64,000 bases of DNA from Octopus sinensis (taxonomy: Eukaryota), in NCBI RefSeq assembly GCF_006345805.1, contig NC_042997.1, positions 132,804,001 through 132,868,000 of the forward strand, written 5' to 3'. Made by a program: the position numbers and the translations under genes. Each line of letters starts with the position of its first letter. Position 1 is the first letter of the stretch. Shown here in pieces: positions 1 through 14,228 of this stretch. The notes under the pieces were generated by a model. That model was not told the origin of the DNA. It searched no databases and saw only the letters and a list, made by a program, of their open reading frames with translations.

Positions 1-269
1 AATCCAAAAGGTTTCAACCACGAAAATACATGTTTCCCATGAAAGCCAAGTACGACTGTTAGCTCACACGGACAGGGCAAATAAAAATAACAAAATACAG
101 ATTATTTTGGGACAATTGTTTCGCTATTAATGAATTAAATGTAATATTACTTACAATAATCCATTTGTAGCTCGTCAGCCAAGACTATCTGGATGAAATC
201 CACTCATCGTGGTTGAAACCTTTTGGATTAACTGGTGCTAGAGTGATCAATATAGTGACCACTCTCTTA

Positions 270-527
270 TATTTATTTTATAAATATATACATATACTTA
301 TGTTTATATATATATGATATGAATGATATATGATATATGTTCGACTCCCACGCAGATAGTAAAGCCTTCTTTTTTTCTGTCGAGGGCTTATATGCCCCTT
401 TATTAGACTATTTTCTTTAGTCATTGCACGGTGATCGCCATAAGCTTTAAGCTTATATAAAAATATCATCATCATTATTTACAGGAATGTAAACTCGGCG
501 CCGTATAAAAAACCATTCGCACCAACG
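270..527 (-). mobile_element. Mariner-like terminal fragment
   Basis: The reverse complement of 500-527 (cgttggtgcgaatggtttttt) resembles a mariner TIR and abuts TA. Confidence 0.45.
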
Positions 528-593
<66 letters not shown>

Positions 594-1202
594 TACGTAT
601 GTATATATACACCACCATATCCTATTAACATTAAGTAATTAAGATCATATATTTCTTTCTTTGCTCATAGTAACAGGAATTTGGAATTTTAATTAATTTA
701 ACTTCTTTTGCTCACTGCATTAAGCATGTGAACACTCCCCTTAAATGTTGCATTTCATACCGAGGATGCCTCCAGGTAATTTGCAAGCAGTTATTATTTA
801 AAGTTATGTTGCTTACTTCTGTATATTTCCTGTACATCTCTGGATTGCTACCCTATCACGCAATCTGGTAAACAGCAAGAAAGTCAAGGCTCCAGTAATG
901 AGGTCTTATTTACTCTTAGCTCCGTATGGAACATACACCATAGACGACTTTTTTCCCTGTTCGACTGTTCTCGATTCTGGGCTGTCTTTTCTGCTTCGCT
1001 CGAGTAGGACTCTGCTTTTTTAGCTAGGCCTCAATATCCTACTTCCAGCTATTTTTAAGGCATCCTCTCTTCTGCTTCTCTTGTAGATTCAAATCACCTT
1101 TGAGCACAACACTGCCATTCCTCCTTGCGAGGGTCGATAAGTTATCATAAAGTACCAGTCTAATATACTGTGATCGATGCTACGTTGTTGTCGTTGTTGA
1201 TG

Positions 1203-1292
1203 ATCTTCTTCTTCTTCTTCTGCTTCTGCTTCTGCTTCTTCTTCTTCTTCTTCTTCTTCTTCTTCTTCTTCTTCTTCTTCTTCTTCTTCTTC
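1203..1292 (+). repeat. (TTC)n microsatellite
   Basis: Direct reading of the sequence. Confidence 0.95.
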
Positions 1293-1299
1293 TTTCATT

Positions 1300-2230
1300 C
1301 TGTCTTTTTCTTTTCTTTCATTCATTTCCTCCCCCTCTCCCCCTCTCTCTGAGCCATACACATAATTCAAAGGTTGAGGCTTATCACGTTGTGCCACACT
1401 GATTCCACAAAAGAGGAGAAAGAAGACGGAAAAGAGAGGAACAGCCAGGAAAATGCACGTGCGTAGTTCACATGCTTGATATATAAACAGAGAAAAAGAC
1501 AAGAAAAAAAACAACGCGAGAACGTGGTACGCGCAAAGTGTTAATAAGACGCTCTGGAAGGAAAGAAAGTGTTTCACGTTTCGAGCAAAGCTCTTCTTCA
1601 GAAACAGGAGACAGAGTAAAGCCCAGTAGAAAAGGAAGCTGGAGGAGAAAAAAACATCGCTAACAATCCACATATAGTTACATTTTGAAATGACCGGAAG
1701 TAGATGGACAAAGAAAAGGTGCTTTCTAAGACAGGAGTGTGGAAAGAAAGGTTGGTATCTGTGTGTATGTGTGGTGTGTGTATGTGTGGTGTGTGTATGT
1801 GTGTGCTTCTGTGAGATAGCATATGTGTGTGTGTGTGATAGCGTGTATGTATATATGGTAGCGTGTGCGTGTACCATTAGCTGAGTGTGTGTGGTGGTTG
1901 TGGTATGAGTGTGATGGCAGTGATATGTGTGTGTGATACCGTGTGTATGTAAGGTAGCGTGTGTGTGTGTATGCGTGTGGTGGTAACTGTGTGTGTATGT
2001 GTGGGATACTAGCTGTGTATGTGTCTGTGAGTGATCTCTGTGACTGTTAATGCCGTAGGAAGAAGTCAGCAGCTGTCATAACTGGCGTGGTTGTTTTGTG
2101 TAGTTGTGTGTTATTGCACAAGTGTGTAGCGGGAATGGTCAGTCATAGGGTGTTCGAGAGGTAGTCTGAAGGGTGTGTGAATGTGTAGATGTGGATGTGA
2201 GTGCGTGGGAGAGGTTTATCGATGGGAAAA
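1300..2230 (-). mobile_element. Non-autonomous hammerhead-bearing (Penelope-terminus-like) element
   Basis: CA-rich tract followed by CUGAAGA-A-GAGC-UUU-GCUC-GAAACGU-G at about 1571-1607 (position 17 is G). Same layout as the copies at 27.6-28.0 kb and 48.4-48.9 kb. Confidence 0.55.
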
Positions 2231-2320
2231 CCAAAGGCTAAGGGTGAAAGATGGTAAATATGTTTTTTTATAGTGTTGATGTTTTTGAAAATTTTTTAAT
2301 ATTCTTTTAATATTTTTTTA

Positions 2321-2374
<54 letters not shown>

Positions 2375-3699
2375 TAAAAAATATTAAAAGAAATTATTGT
2401 GTATATATTCGTGTGTTTGTGTGCCCCTTGTCACCACTCCCTTTACAACATCGTTTGACAATCAGTGTTGGTTTGTTTATTACCCCGTAACCTAGCGGTT
2501 CAACACAAGAGACTGAGAGGTTACATACTAGAAGTTTAGATCGATTGGTTGGACTAAGACCCATCAATGTGATACCTCAGCATGACTGAATAAAGTGAAG
2601 GATAATCGTTAATTTTCGGAAGAGGAGACAATAGCCGTGGCTTTTGCTGGCTTTCCTGGTAGGTTAGTGATATCAGCAATGTGGTTATGATTAGTAAGGC
2701 GGCAAGCTGGCAGAATCGTTACCACGCCGGGCAAATACTTAGAAGCATTTTGTCCGTCTTTACGTTCTGAGTTCAAATTCCGCCGTGGTCTACTTTGCCT
2801 CTTATCTTTTCGGAACAGTTGAGCACAGTCGTTTAGCCTCCGAACTTTGAAACTAATGTGCTTCAGATTAGCTTGAACGTCTGAAGATCGTTGCCTGCTC
2901 CAAGGTGACTGATCTCTGGGATTATGTTGAACACCTGCTGTGGCATTCGAGAAGAGTACAACTGTCGAGCTAATCGATAATTATGATCGTTCCGCCGACC
3001 TCCCTGAATAAGTGGGGAGCGAACCTATTTTCTCTCGGTAGTTGCTGTTACGAAATAGGTAGTATGGAAGACGAGAGTGAAAGGAATTGCAACAGGCATG
3101 TTCATCTCCAATCTCGAGCTAATCGACTTTTTCGTTTTCCACATGAAACGGAAAATAAGGCTGGAGAAGAAATGCCTGTCGCAAAGTGTGTTTCGTAAAA
3201 GACGGAAGTCTATAGCATGTATGTTGCGAGTGAAAGAACCTGTTTAAATGAGAATATAAAAAAGGAGAAAGCAAAGTCTTCAGTATGAGTATGTGGTTTG
3301 TGGGGTTGACCGCGTCCTCTGCTTCATGTTTTGTAAATCACTTATTCTCATTTAATTGTATATATTTTGTTTGTTTAGTCATACGTTTCGTCTCATTCGA
3401 TACCCTAACCCCATTGGTTGTTTTATCTGTCCTCGTATCGTCCTCTCTTTTTCTCAACCACATGGTTAATAAAGAAATTGACTGACGGGAGACAAAAGCG
3501 AAATTAAAAGACGAGTAGTCGGAGAAAAAGAAATGCGTAAGCAAAATAAGGTGTGGGGGACAAAGAAGAAACAAGGGAACAGAAACAAAATACAGGCAGA
3601 AAATAAAGAAGAAAGGATAAGTTGTACGGCAAAGAACACGCTTAAGGAAGAGAGGGGAAAAGAAACGAAGCATGAAAAATGTTGTAGCAGTAGCAGTGA

Positions 3700-3918
3700 T
3701 CGGGGTGGATGTGCAGTAGTAGTAGTGGTTGTGTTGTAGCGGCAATAGTCGTGATGGTGGTAGTAGTGGTGGTAGTGGTTGTGCTATTTGTTGTCGCAGT
3801 AGTATGCTGGTGGTGATGGTAGTGGTGGCAGTGGCGGTGGTAGTTGTAGTAGTAGTAATAGTAGTCGTCCTCGCAGTAGTAGTTGTTGTGGTGGTCGGGG
3901 TATTATATATATTATTAT

Positions 3919-3955
<37 letters not shown>

Positions 3956-3959
3956 GGTG

Positions 3960-4007
<48 letters not shown>

Positions 4008-4008
4008 A

Positions 4009-4040
<32 letters not shown>

Positions 4041-4070
4041 TAGTAGTAGTAGTAGTAGTAGTAGTAGTAA
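3700..4070 (+). repeat. (GTA)n/(GTG)n trinucleotide tract
   Basis: Direct reading of the sequence. Confidence 0.92.
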
Positions 4071-4413
4071 TGGAAACAAAAAAAAAAAAAGAATCAACAA
4101 CGACATCGAGAAGTGCTAGTTCGCTTTGTGCTGCTGGGGGAGGTCCCTAGTCTTTGCTAAACTTTTATCATCTGTAAGATTCTTATTCCAGTTAGTGTGT
4201 ACAGTAAGTGCGGTTTGAAGGAGGTTTCGAGTATTCTCTTCGGTATTTTAATGTGAGTTCTTGCAAAAGATTTAATCTCCCTTAGGCAGATACCCAAAGG
4301 TCAAACGATGCTGCTTAATACCTCAGAGAGTTTTAAAAATCCCTGCCACCATGGTTCAAGATTGAGGAAATATGTTTTACGCTTTTCTTTCTTTTCTTCT
4401 TTCTTTCTTTCCT

Positions 4414-4455
<42 letters not shown>

Positions 4456-4831
4456 TTTTTCTCTCCCTTTCCCTCTCTCTCTCTATGTACGTATGTGTTT
4501 GTGCGCAAGTTATGAAAGATATGAAAAACATAAAAAATGGGTAAAGGAAAAAGTACTTGAACAGCAGAATGGAAAAGGAGGAAAACACATATATATAGGA
4601 TTTTATTTATTTGTTTATTGGTTTTTTTTATTTATTCATTTATCTATTTATTTGAAAATCTAGTTATGACAGGAACAAGTGAAGAGTCACATACTAAAAT
4701 GCTAAAGAGAATAATCATGATATAATTTATATACACCTAAGCACAGATGGATGTACACAGACCACATACATATGTACATCCATCTGTGTATTTTGATGTA
4801 TATATGTATATATATATATGTATATATGTAT

Positions 4832-4905
<74 letters not shown>

Positions 4906-4996
4906 TATAGCTAATCCAAACATGAAACACAACAACGCGAGGACGGAAACAAGTATAGTGTTATTGGACGCTCAGGAAAGGAAGAAAGAAGGAGGA

Positions 4997-5029
4997 TTTA
5001 ACGTTTCGAGCGGAGCTCTTCGTCAGAAA
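4997..5029 (-). ncRNA. Minimal hammerhead motif in a short dispersed element
   Basis: UUU-CUGACGA-A-GAGC-UCC-GCUC-GAAACGU-U-AAA: canonical core with an extra A before helix II and a palindromic ACGU helix III. Confidence 0.65.
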
Positions 5030-5145
5030 CATAAGAAAGGGAAAGATCCAAGGAAGGGAGACGGAGGAAAAAAGTTGCCAACGGTATATATATATTATAT
5101 ATATATAGATATATATATATATATTATATATATATATATATAATA

Positions 5146-5176
<31 letters not shown>

Positions 5177-6589
5177 AAGAGCGTGTATCTATCTATATAT
5201 ATATCTACCTGTGTATACATCATAATATGAGTTTCAGTAATATTACCTTTTATTTAAAACAAAGCTCTATAAAAGAAGGGAAATGAATATTTAATGTTCT
5301 TATCTTTCTCAATAAAAATGAATTGACGTAGGCTGAGAGGTAAGAACTGGAAAGCTGGGAACTTTCTCTTAGTCTGTGGTTGAAGAAATTTCAACTCACT
5401 TAGAAAGACTGTTCGTGCAGAAAAATCAAAATGCCTCATCATGATAAACTACATCATTGCAACCATCATAACTCCAAAGTTACCGTTATAAGTAGCAGTT
5501 ATGGAATGAAGGTCGATTAGATCGACCTAACGCTTTCTTGGAACTGTACCCTTCTCTTGCCAAAGTTCAGAATCAATATAAATGAAAAGTAATTAAAGAG
5601 GGATTAGGAGATTAAAACGGAAAATAAACCAAAAAAAAAAAAAAAAAGAGAGAGAACAAGACATTATCTGCAAAACGTATAGTACAACCTTCATGCCAAC
5701 TCAACTGTCCTATATAAACGTGGTGGTAAACAGCTGTTTATAGTTATGTTTATACTTAATTGCGATGCATCGTTCAATTCAAAGTCGTACATATTAATAA
5801 AGTATCTAAATAGCTATGAGGTTTTTGAAAAAGTTTTTATTAGCTTTTACTATGATTTACGGTACATTTAATGTTAATTTCGCTTATTTTAAAATAATAT
5901 TCTTTCGTCTAGGCTGTGATCGTTTTAATTAATTGCTTGTTAAAGATTTCTAAACTATTGCATATTGAAAACTGTTGAATACATGACTGGTGGATATAAC
6001 TGACCTTTTAATATGTAAGAATTTTCATTAGCAGCACATAAGTGCTTTTGGTGTCGCATGTCTCTCGTACTGTTGCAAGAAAATAGAAACAATTTTCTTT
6101 ATAAATTGTGTTTTAAATAGGAGGATATGATATAGTAATTTTGGTGGAATGATAAATAGCTGAACTGAACTGCGAGCCAAACATTATATTGCAATAGGTA
6201 GACTACTTGAATTTCGCTGTTAATGATGTGTTGCGAAATGATAATAGTGCTACGACGCTTGTGGTGTATTCCTAAATTCTCTATCTCTTGGTTTATCATG
6301 AAAGATACGCCTACAGAACTACAACAGCTTTCTAATAAACATAAATGTATACGACTAAATGTATTTCTAATATTAGGAAAAAGACCGCTCCTTTTAACAG
6401 AAGAGTAAAGTTGATTGAATAAATTCATTACATAACTGGTTCTAAGTTTACTGAGTGCAACGTTGCTAAAGCAAAGACAATTACTCGATGGCCTTTAAAC
6501 TCAGAAAGTAGAGACACACAACTAAATGCTACCAGATATTTAATCCCGTACTTACCATTTAATGTTTTCTCTTTTGTTCATTTTACTTG

Positions 6590-6741
6590 TCTAAGTCTCT
6601 CAATTACAGCCATACTGGGGTACCACCTTGAAGGATTTTAGGCAAAAAATCCGATTCCAGTACTTATTAAGTCAGGTTCTTAATCTGTCTGTGTTTTTTG
6701 CCGAACCGCTAGGTGACGAGGACGTAATTTAAGACAGACCA

Positions 6742-6839
<98 letters not shown>

Positions 6840-7025
6840 ATCTATATAATATACATACATATGTATGACGGGCTTCCACACATTTTCCGTTTATCAAATT
6901 CACTCACACGGCAATGATCTATTTGGTGGTATAGTATTCGACACTTGCGCATGGTGCCAGGCTGTAGGACTGAACCCGAAACCACGTGGCTACAAAGCCA
7001 ACTCATTAACTGCATAGCCATGCTT
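6590..7025 (-). mobile_element. Diverged family A-related SINE
   Basis: Contains gccgaaccgctaggtgacg, ctgaacccgaaaccacgtgg and an internal TA tract. Confidence 0.7.
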
Positions 7026-8188
7026 GTGATTTCATTACAAATTATTTATATATTAATCCAGAAATTCAGTAATCTAGTGGCTATGTCCTATAATATTTGT
7101 TATGAGAGAATGAAAACGGAGAAAGAGAAAACAGGAAAAAGAGGAAGAGAGTAATAGTGATAGAGAGAGAGAGAGAAAGAGTATAATAGGGAGAGAAGGA
7201 GGAAAACTGAAACAAAGGGAGAGAGGGGTGTAAGAGTGCAAAGGTATATAGTTATATATTTGTACTTTCACCCAATTATGTTTACATATAAGGAGATATT
7301 AACAGATTTTCGGACAATTATTGTGACATATTAGCAAATGGCTGATCTATTTTGAACTTTTGCCAGCCTTTGTCGCATCGAACTTAATCAACGACTAACT
7401 CATAAAGTATCGATATCTGTATCCAGTTTGATTGCTTGAATGTCCAGTCTAGTAAATTAGGAATTACAAAAGTTAACACGTTAAATATTCTTTTATTATC
7501 AAAGAAAATAAACTTTTCGTTTTTTTTGTTTGGTTTTGCTAGATTCTTGCTGAGAACTCGTGTGTTGAAGCAGATTTTGTTGTATCAGTTAGAGTTATTA
7601 GGCCAATAATAAACGCACTGGTTTTATTTTAATTCTTTTATTAGTTAATTCGTTAACAGTTAACTAATTAACTTAATTGCTTAGTTAATCTTTTGATCGA
7701 TCAATCAGTCAATTGCGTTTGTCAAAGTCTTTTTATCGCCATTCGCGACCTCAATAATGACATACCCTCTCTACTTTATATGTGCTTCCAGTTTGTACAC
7801 AGACTGGAGCTGATGCATTAAAAAAAATTTTTTTTTTACAAAAAACTGGCTTTCGGGTGATTATTTTCAACTTGAGATGGCAGAACAGTGTTTTTCAGCG
7901 TCTTGCTAGCTTGTCAGGCGTTTAGAATATTTTCGTTTTTGTATTTTGGTTTGCAAGATTCTTGGCTTGAAAATTTCATCTTTTTTTTTTTAATTACTTC
8001 TAGGGATGTGAAATATGCAGCGAATTCAACATTTACGTAAATAAAAAAATAAATTGATAAAATAGAATTAAAATCCCCATCTCCCCAAGAAACAGAAAGT
8101 GAAATTCAATACATACATACATACATAAATGCATATATATAAATACACAAATACATACATAAATACATAGATACATACATATATATAA

Positions 8189-8256
<68 letters not shown>

Positions 8257-8471
8257 ATGTTCAAGTAAATGGCAACACAATTTCCTTTACATAAATGCGA
8301 TTATAATAATTGGCATCGCAACGTTGTACATTCAAAATGAAAGTTCACAAAACCGAAAATCTTAAAATTAAATTAATCAAAATTGTCACTTTTGTATCCA
8401 GTTACATTACATACATATACACATGCATATACACATACATACATACATACATACATACATACATACATACA

Positions 8472-8506
<35 letters not shown>

Positions 8507-8513
8507 GTGTGTG

Positions 8514-8552
<39 letters not shown>

Positions 8553-8924
8553 TGTATGTGCTCATGTATACACTTACGCACACATATGTATACATACAAC
8601 TGTATGCTTGATAAATTAGACTCTTAGTGAGATAATGCAAAATATTTCAAGTCGAATAAGGTATTGTTCAGAAACTGCTTAAGAAGTTATTTTAACAAGA
8701 GCTATGATGTATATCTTTGTGCATAGATTAAACTAAATTATAACAAACGAAGGGAAAACGTAAAATAAATATAATAATATAACAACAACCTTCAACAGGT
8801 TGTCTTGATATTATTGTTTTGTATCGTATTATTCGTAAACAACTATTACCATCTGCGACACATGAGAACTGCTTCAGGGATGAGACATCAACATTTGGCT
8901 GAATTTTCGTATTTCACCATATTT

Positions 8925-9221
8925 CTCTTCTTCTTCGCCCTTTTCAAGCCTAGCCAGGCTCATGGACCCGGTTTCCCGGTTTCTATGGCGTATGTGTTAC
9001 CCCCCAGCTGGACGGGACGCCAGTCAATCGCAGCGTTACTCAAGAAAGAGGAAGAAAGAATGAGAGAAAGAGTACAACAGGGGTCGCCACCCCCCTCTGC
9101 CGGGGCTTCGTGGAGCTTTTAGGTGTTTTCGCTCAATAAACACACACAAAGACCGGTCTAGGAATCGAAACCGCGATCCTCCGACCGCGATTCCGCTGCC
9201 CTAACCACTAGGCCATTGCAC
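8925..9221 (-). mobile_element. tRNA-derived SINE, family C
   Basis: Minus-strand head tggcctagtggttagggcagcg..ggtttcgattcc; body shared with 56985-57285. Confidence 0.85.
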
Positions 9222-9914
9222 CTAAATTTCAATACATGAGTTGATATAAATGACATTCAGTAATCATCCAAACAGAACGAATTGACAGTCTCGTAAACCC
9301 TGTCACGCTGTTATTAATGTGATAAACTACCACACTTAAATTTAGTGAAGGTCGACCATACTACGAATTAGAGAATGTTCTAGAAGTTATTTAAAGAAAA
9401 CTAACGCGTCCTTCACATACGTACATATCGTATGTGTGTTTGCGTGTGTGTGCGTGCGCGCATATGCATGTATATGCGTGTGTTGCGTGCGTACGTGCGT
9501 GTGTGTCCCTCAATACGGTTTCCGTAATGTCAAATCCCTCAGCGAGTGAGTTTCCTCTGTCCGCCGAAAGAGACTAGTCTTTAGGACTGCGAGGCACTTA
9601 TGCAATTGCACTGTTATCGCGTATTTTGAGGAATCTTTTTGTCACTCATTCTATCAACTGCGGCGTATTTCAGAGTTTAGTTCTGCTCCCAACTCCCATC
9701 CTTTAATTCATCAGTGATTTCTTTGCTGCCATATGCAACAACGCCCACTCTCTCAGATGATACTATCTTGGTTTCCTCCTTAACATTTTCTGACAATTCT
9801 ATTTTCATTCACAGCCTTGTAACCACGCACCAATCCTACACAGACCCTATGAATAAAGATATGAAAGCGTCGCGTCTCTTTTAAAAGAAAATACATACGG
9901 TTTACATAAATATA

Positions 9915-10030
9915 TACCGTAAATCTTCGAGTATAGTCCGCCTTTGAGTATAATACGCAGGGGATTTTTAGAGGGCTGTACCTCTGAAAAACCTAAACCT
10001 TGTTTATAATACGCACTCCTTCTCTAACTT
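9915..10030 (+). mobile_element. Left end of a pogo/Tc1-mariner-type DNA transposon
   Basis: taccgtaaatcttcgagtatagtccgc with subterminal repeats (gagtataatacgc, ttataatacgc); no partner TIR found. Confidence 0.55.
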
Positions 10031-11020
10031 AAGTCGTGCGTATTTAAGCCAGCAGCTATGAAAATATGAGTGAAAAATGTTTAAGAGATTCTCCCTCTAT
10101 AGAAGAGTAAGTAGATAAGTAATTCAAAACTCCAAGTAAGTCATTTATCATAGGAAGTTTAATAGAGGAATCCAATGGAACGGCATAGTTATGTTTGAAT
10201 TAGGATATGACTTGACAGTTATAAGTAATATTAGGTATGGTGTGTATTAAAAGATTTTTTGTGTGAGAATGAAACTAAACTAGTGAATGTAGTTATATAG
10301 TAGGCTGCTAGAATGCAACGAGAATAAAAGGTAGTAGAAATACTTCAAGAGCTACATATATTGGAATTATGTTAGTGTAAGAACTTATATTCATTTGTGT
10401 GTGCTAAATATAAGATAAAAAATAAAAATAAAAATAGGAAAATTAGTTGTTAATATTACAGAATTAAGATAGTAAGTACTTGCTCTGGTTATAAATATTT
10501 TTTAAAAAACGTTCAGAGGTACAATAGATACTGTAAAACTGAAAATTAACAATGTAGAGGAGATAATATAGCTATAAAAATGATAGTAAACATTATTTAA
10601 AATTATAAATATCGATATTTAGTAGGTTGACTATGTTTATATATAAATAAAAATATGAATTAAGAATCTAGTTTACAATAAAGTGAGAGGGAAGTATATA
10701 AGAATTCTATGCAAGTAATGAGTGTTTAACTAACACAAGGTTATTCATGGAGTAGTGTGTGCACATAAGCATACTGGATATACATAATAATTCATATATA
10801 AAATATTATAACAGAAAAGAATTTTATACTGTATGCTGATTCATTTGCAGAGGACATATCCGCGAAATAGTATACATAGATTTATGTATAGCAGCTGTTT
10901 TTTCAATTGTTTTATTTCATATACACCCAAACAGCTAGAATATATAAATCCATGTATACATATTACATGTAAACATGCAATATATACATATACATATACA
11001 TATATATATATATATGTATA

Positions 11021-11440
11021 GGCGCAGGAGTGGCTGTGTGGTAAGTAGCTTGCTAACCAACCACATGGTTTCGGGTTCAGTGCCACTGCGTGGCATCTTG
11101 GGCGAGTGTCTTCTGCTATAGTCCCGGGCCGACCAATGCCTTGTGAGTGGATTTGGTAGACGGAAACTGAAAGAAGCCTGTCGTATATATGTATATATAT
11201 ATATATACATGTGTGTGTGTTTGTGTGTCTGTGTTTGTCCCCCTAGCATTGCTTGACAACCGATGCTGGTGTGTTTACGTCCCCGTTACTTAGCGGTTCG
11301 GCAAAAAAGAGGCCGATAGAATAAGTACTGGGCTTACAAAGAATAAGTCCCGGGGTTGATTTGCTCGACTAAAGGCGGTGCTCCAGCATGGCCGCAGTCA
11401 AATGACTGAAACAAGTAAAAGAGTAAAAGAGTAAAAGAGT
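11021..11440 (+). mobile_element. tRNA-derived SINE, family A
   Basis: A-box tggctgtgtgg, B-box-like ggttcagtgcc, internal (TA)/(TG) tract, (gtaaaaga)n tail; near-identical copies elsewhere in the window. Confidence 0.9.
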
Positions 11441-11442
11441 AT

Positions 11443-11487
<45 letters not shown>

Positions 11488-11791
11488 CTTGTTTTTGTAT
11501 ACATTCGCTGCTTTCTCGGAAGGAATCTAGTTTAGTTTTCCTTGGGGGTGGCCAGATTGGCGCAATCGCAAGTATAATCAGCCGAAATTGCGAAGATAAT
11601 CTGGTACTTGACTGAGGAATGACTCGTCCTTGTTTTCTGTGTATCGTCTATCTGGATATTTTGTTGTCCCATTTTTGTATCACCTAACTGTCCGGATGTT
11701 ATATATATATACAAACAATTGTACGTAAGTGCATGAATACTTTTTTCTGTCTATCCGCACTCACATGCGCGCGCACTCACACACACACGCA

Positions 11792-11852
<61 letters not shown>

Positions 11853-11927
11853 ACATAATGTACTGTTCTGTGTTGGTAAGATTAACAAAAACAAGGCACT
11901 CCATCCAGTGAGAGATAAACATTATTT

Positions 11928-12114
11928 GATAAACACAGTGTATTTATTTATGTGCTGCTATTAGTTTCATGTGCTGAGAGCGTGCCAAATAAATTCTTTT
12001 AGCACGTTTGGTGTCTGATGATTGTGCTAGGACACCAGACATGTTATAAAACTGTTTGGCATGCTCTCAGCATACGAAACTAACACTAGCACTTAAATAG
12101 ATATATTGTGTTTA
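11928..12114. mobile_element. Small MITE with imperfect TIRs of about 60 bp
   Basis: 11928-11989 is a diverged reverse complement of 12054-12114. Confidence 0.6.
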
Positions 12115-12161
12115 TTAAAGTATGTATGTATATATATATATATACTATATATATATATATA

Positions 12162-12244
<83 letters not shown>

Positions 12245-12400
12245 TATATATACATACATACTTTAATAAACACAATATATCTATTTAAGTGCTAGTGTTA
12301 GTTTCGTATGCTGAGAGCATGCCAAACAGTTTTATAACATGTCTGGTGTCCTAGCACAATCATCAGACACCAAACGTGCTAAAAGAATTTATTTGGCACG

Positions 12401-12401
<1 letters not shown>
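11980..12401. repeat. Near-perfect palindrome centred on (TA)n
   Basis: About 11980-12139 is exactly inverted at about 12243-12401. Confidence 0.92.
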
Positions 12402-12453
<52 letters not shown>

Positions 12454-12589
12454 ATGTTCAAGTAAATGGCAACACAATTTCCTTTACATAAATGCGATTA
12501 TAATAATTGGCATCGCAACGTTGTACATTCAAAATGAAAGTTCACAAAACCGAAAATCTTAAAATTAAATTAATCAAAATTGTCACTTT

Positions 12590-12619
<30 letters not shown>

Positions 12620-12620
<1 letters not shown>

Positions 12621-12900
12621 ATATAGTTGAAATTTACGGAAAAGCAAAAGAGGAAGACAGGTGTATGCACAACAAGCAGGTGTATTAGCTTGACGTTCAG
12701 GAAAGTGAGAAAGTATTTTACGTTTCGAGCCTACGCTCTTCAACAGGAATCAGGAATAAGAGACAATAAACAGAGAAAGAATAAAAAACTTGTGGATTTA
12801 GCGATCAACCATGGTGACTGGTCGGGATGTGGGTGTGGGGATGTCGTGTAGGAATGTGGGTGTGTGGGTGTGGGGATGTTGGTGTGGGATATGTGGAACA
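12620..12900 (-). mobile_element. Short hammerhead-family element (variant core CUGUUGA)
   Basis: 12717-12750 reads ctgttgaagagcgtaggctcgaaacgtaaaa on the minus strand; the flanks are homologous to 26850-26960. Confidence 0.6.
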
Positions 12901-13488
12901 TAATCTATTCTTTCGAACAACGAAAAACACAAATGGAAAACAAAACAAACAACATAAGTTGTTGGCTGTTTTTCTAGTCTCGTATTTCAAGCATTTAACA
13001 ACAATATACGCTTCCGATGAAACAGTTGCTCCCGCAAAGCAAATTAAATAAAATTTGAGATTTTGCGGAGGGTCAAAATTGGTAACACAAACAGGACAGT
13101 GAAAACAAACAGGAAGGGCTGCTAAGCATAAAACAAGTTGTGGTGGCGAACGCGCAAATCAAGCTTGGGCAGGAGACAGACAAGAACACGTCTTCTCGAT
13201 CCAGCTACAACAGAGAAAAAGAAAGAAACACAAGTTAGGAGAAGAAAGAAAGATGTCCGATGGTCACGTGGGAGCCACGTGAGCAAAGGAGGAAGAGTGA
13301 GGGAGAGAGAGTGACAGAGTAATAGGATAGAATAATGGGAGAAGAGGAGGTAATAGAATAAGAGAGAGAAAGAGAGATAATCGAAAGAGTATAAAAGATA
13401 TATATACACATATATATGTGTGTGTATGTATATGTATGTATATATATTTATGTGTATACATATATGTATATATATATGCATGTATATA

Positions 13489-13519
<31 letters not shown>

Positions 13520-14174
13520 CATACATACATATATGCATACGTACATGCATACATACATATATATATATTCATACATCCGTCATTCATATACCCGAATACA
13601 AACATATACACTGGCACACAGGAAATACAGATATTAAAATAAACATCAATTTAACTCCTCCGCATTTATTTTAATATCAATATGTGCACTGTCTAGTGTA
13701 TTGTACATGTATATCTTTACATTATATTAGATTACATTGTTTTGCATCACTCTGTGAATATTATTATATAAAATATAAAAAATACACAGATAATGTACTA
13801 CGAGTCTATATATATGAGCGCGTATGTGAAGAAGAGAACGAATGAAAGAGGGAGTGAGTGAAACGAGTGCTGGTATATATGATGTAGTGTGTGAAGTTTG
13901 GCTGTACAACAATGTCTTTCTTTACACTCCAGCGCCTCCTACGGCGTTATAGAGAATTTATTAGTGACAGATATCGTTTAACGTATATTTGAAACATGCA
14001 CGCCATCGCCTTCTATGACGGAACGTCCATCTTCGTGTCTCCCGCGTTGTTTTCCTGTTCTCTTTGCCAGCTTCTTTTCTTTCTTGTATATCAAAATATT
14101 CTTTATAAACTCTTGGATCTTATCTTTAAAAGTACATTTTCAATTTTCTCAGATGGCAATACAGTCTACTGTAA

Positions 14175-14228
<54 letters not shown>

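Noticed and set aside
1089-1877. 262-aa ORF with poly-Glu
   Set aside because: It spans (TTC)n, (GT)n and a hammerhead-family repeat; the open frame is a low-complexity artefact.
4192-4203. Possible 12-nt microexon (ttccag|...|gtaagt)
   Set aside because: Too short to distinguish from chance without RNA data.
8925-9221. tRNA gene (also the other SINE heads)
   Set aside because: The A/B boxes run into SINE bodies and no complete cloverleaf is formed.
10030-10830. Purine-rich AT tract containing a TYIG word (possible GIY-YIG relic)
   Set aside because: No other endonuclease or RT motifs could be assembled.
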